64,000 bases of DNA from NCBI RefSeq assembly GCF_008831285.2, contig NC_045138.2, positions 23,746,001 through 23,810,000 of the forward strand, written 5' to 3'. The position numbers were made by a program, and so were the translations under genes. Within the stretch, counting starts at the first letter, position 1, and each line of letters starts with the position of its first letter. This DNA is from Nymphaea colorata. Lineage: Eukaryota. The notes beneath the pieces are model-generated. The model did not search any database. It saw nothing but the letters and a program-made list of their open reading frames with translations, and had not been told where the DNA came from. This document shows positions 63,193 through 64,000 of this stretch, piece by piece.

Positions 63193-64000
63193 AAAAAGAA
63201 GCTTGAAATTTTTAGAAACCAGAAAGATGTTATATGATGATCAATGCCAATTTAATATTCTGTGACCCATCCCAACATGACAGCAATAGGTTATTTGTTT
63301 CAGAGCATCATGTAAATGCATGTCGCAAAACTCGAAATCCCACAAGAAGCCACTCACAACAGCTCAAGCAGTACAATGTGAACTAGGGAAAAAAAAGAAC
63401 ATTAATATTGTACAAGAAAAAGCTCCAAAGAAGCTCGATACATGAAGGGATAACGCTCCCTTTTTGAGGCCTAACAGACCTGTTAGATCTCCTGGGAAGG
63501 AGTTGAGTGTCTTATCTCTTATTCTATGATACATGATTACTTCCTTACCTAGCCCACTATTTTCACATAAGTTTTCATTTTCAAGGTTAGAATCAAATAC
63601 ATGATATATCATCTTTCATAAAATCATTTCTAAGAGTGTCATCATTACTTGCATCATGTTACTGTCTATATAGTATTCATCATTCCAAGGCAGCAATTCA
63701 TAGAGGAAGGAGTACCCTTCCTCATGGATTCATTCTATCAAATTCTTTTCATTTTCTAGACAGCTCACATTTAACAATACATAGATGTTTATTTTTCAAG
63801 GTCATAGCATTTATATCCTATTTGACTTTCTGAATATCAGAGAAAAACACATTTGATAGCTTTTAAAGTTAATTTATCATTCTTGCAATTCGAAACATGA
63901 TACTTACATTTAAGAACTCTTAATCTATTATAATTTGGACGGATATTATAATTTTTTTGAAATGGAGAAATATTTCCTGAGTTTTTAAAAGCATTTTATT

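Noticed and set aside
63400..63600. Possible L1 RT scrap (SGL..., PFMY)
   Set aside because: Too short and frameshifted to call.
1..64000. CRISPR arrays, tRNA/rRNA/snRNA genes, known miRNA hairpins, organellar or viral insertions
   Set aside because: None recognised by eye. An Infernal/tRNAscan/BLAST run would be needed to exclude snoRNAs or short inserts.

Overview
Flowering-plant nuclear DNA, species not determinable from sequence alone. It has spliceosomal introns, (GA)n/(TA)n microsatellites and abundant TE relics. Five host genes are supported: an intronless PLS/E-class PPR gene (4096-6060 +), a 12-exon TIME FOR COFFEE (TIC) homologue (16500-22470 -, about 1613 aa), AXR4 (two exons separated by a 6.6 kb TE-filled intron, 38339-46396 +), an F-box/LysM gene (55792-57398 +) and the first four exons of an organellar aminopeptidase P (59299-62586 +, running out of the window). 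TEs include a full-length but inactivated Galadriel-type Ty3/gypsy chromovirus with both LTRs, PBS, PPT and a 5-bp TSD, three decayed Ty1/copia relics, a decayed PIF/Harbinger, hAT and Tourist MITEs, CACTA-like ends and L1 scraps. I see no clear-cut new biological system. The best leads are a stop-start uORF stack overlapping the TIC start codon, a 52-bp 'ends-only' solo LTR with a near-perfect TSD, and two candidate spliced non-coding transcripts divergent from host genes. All family assignments are from remembered motifs and hand alignment, not database searches.
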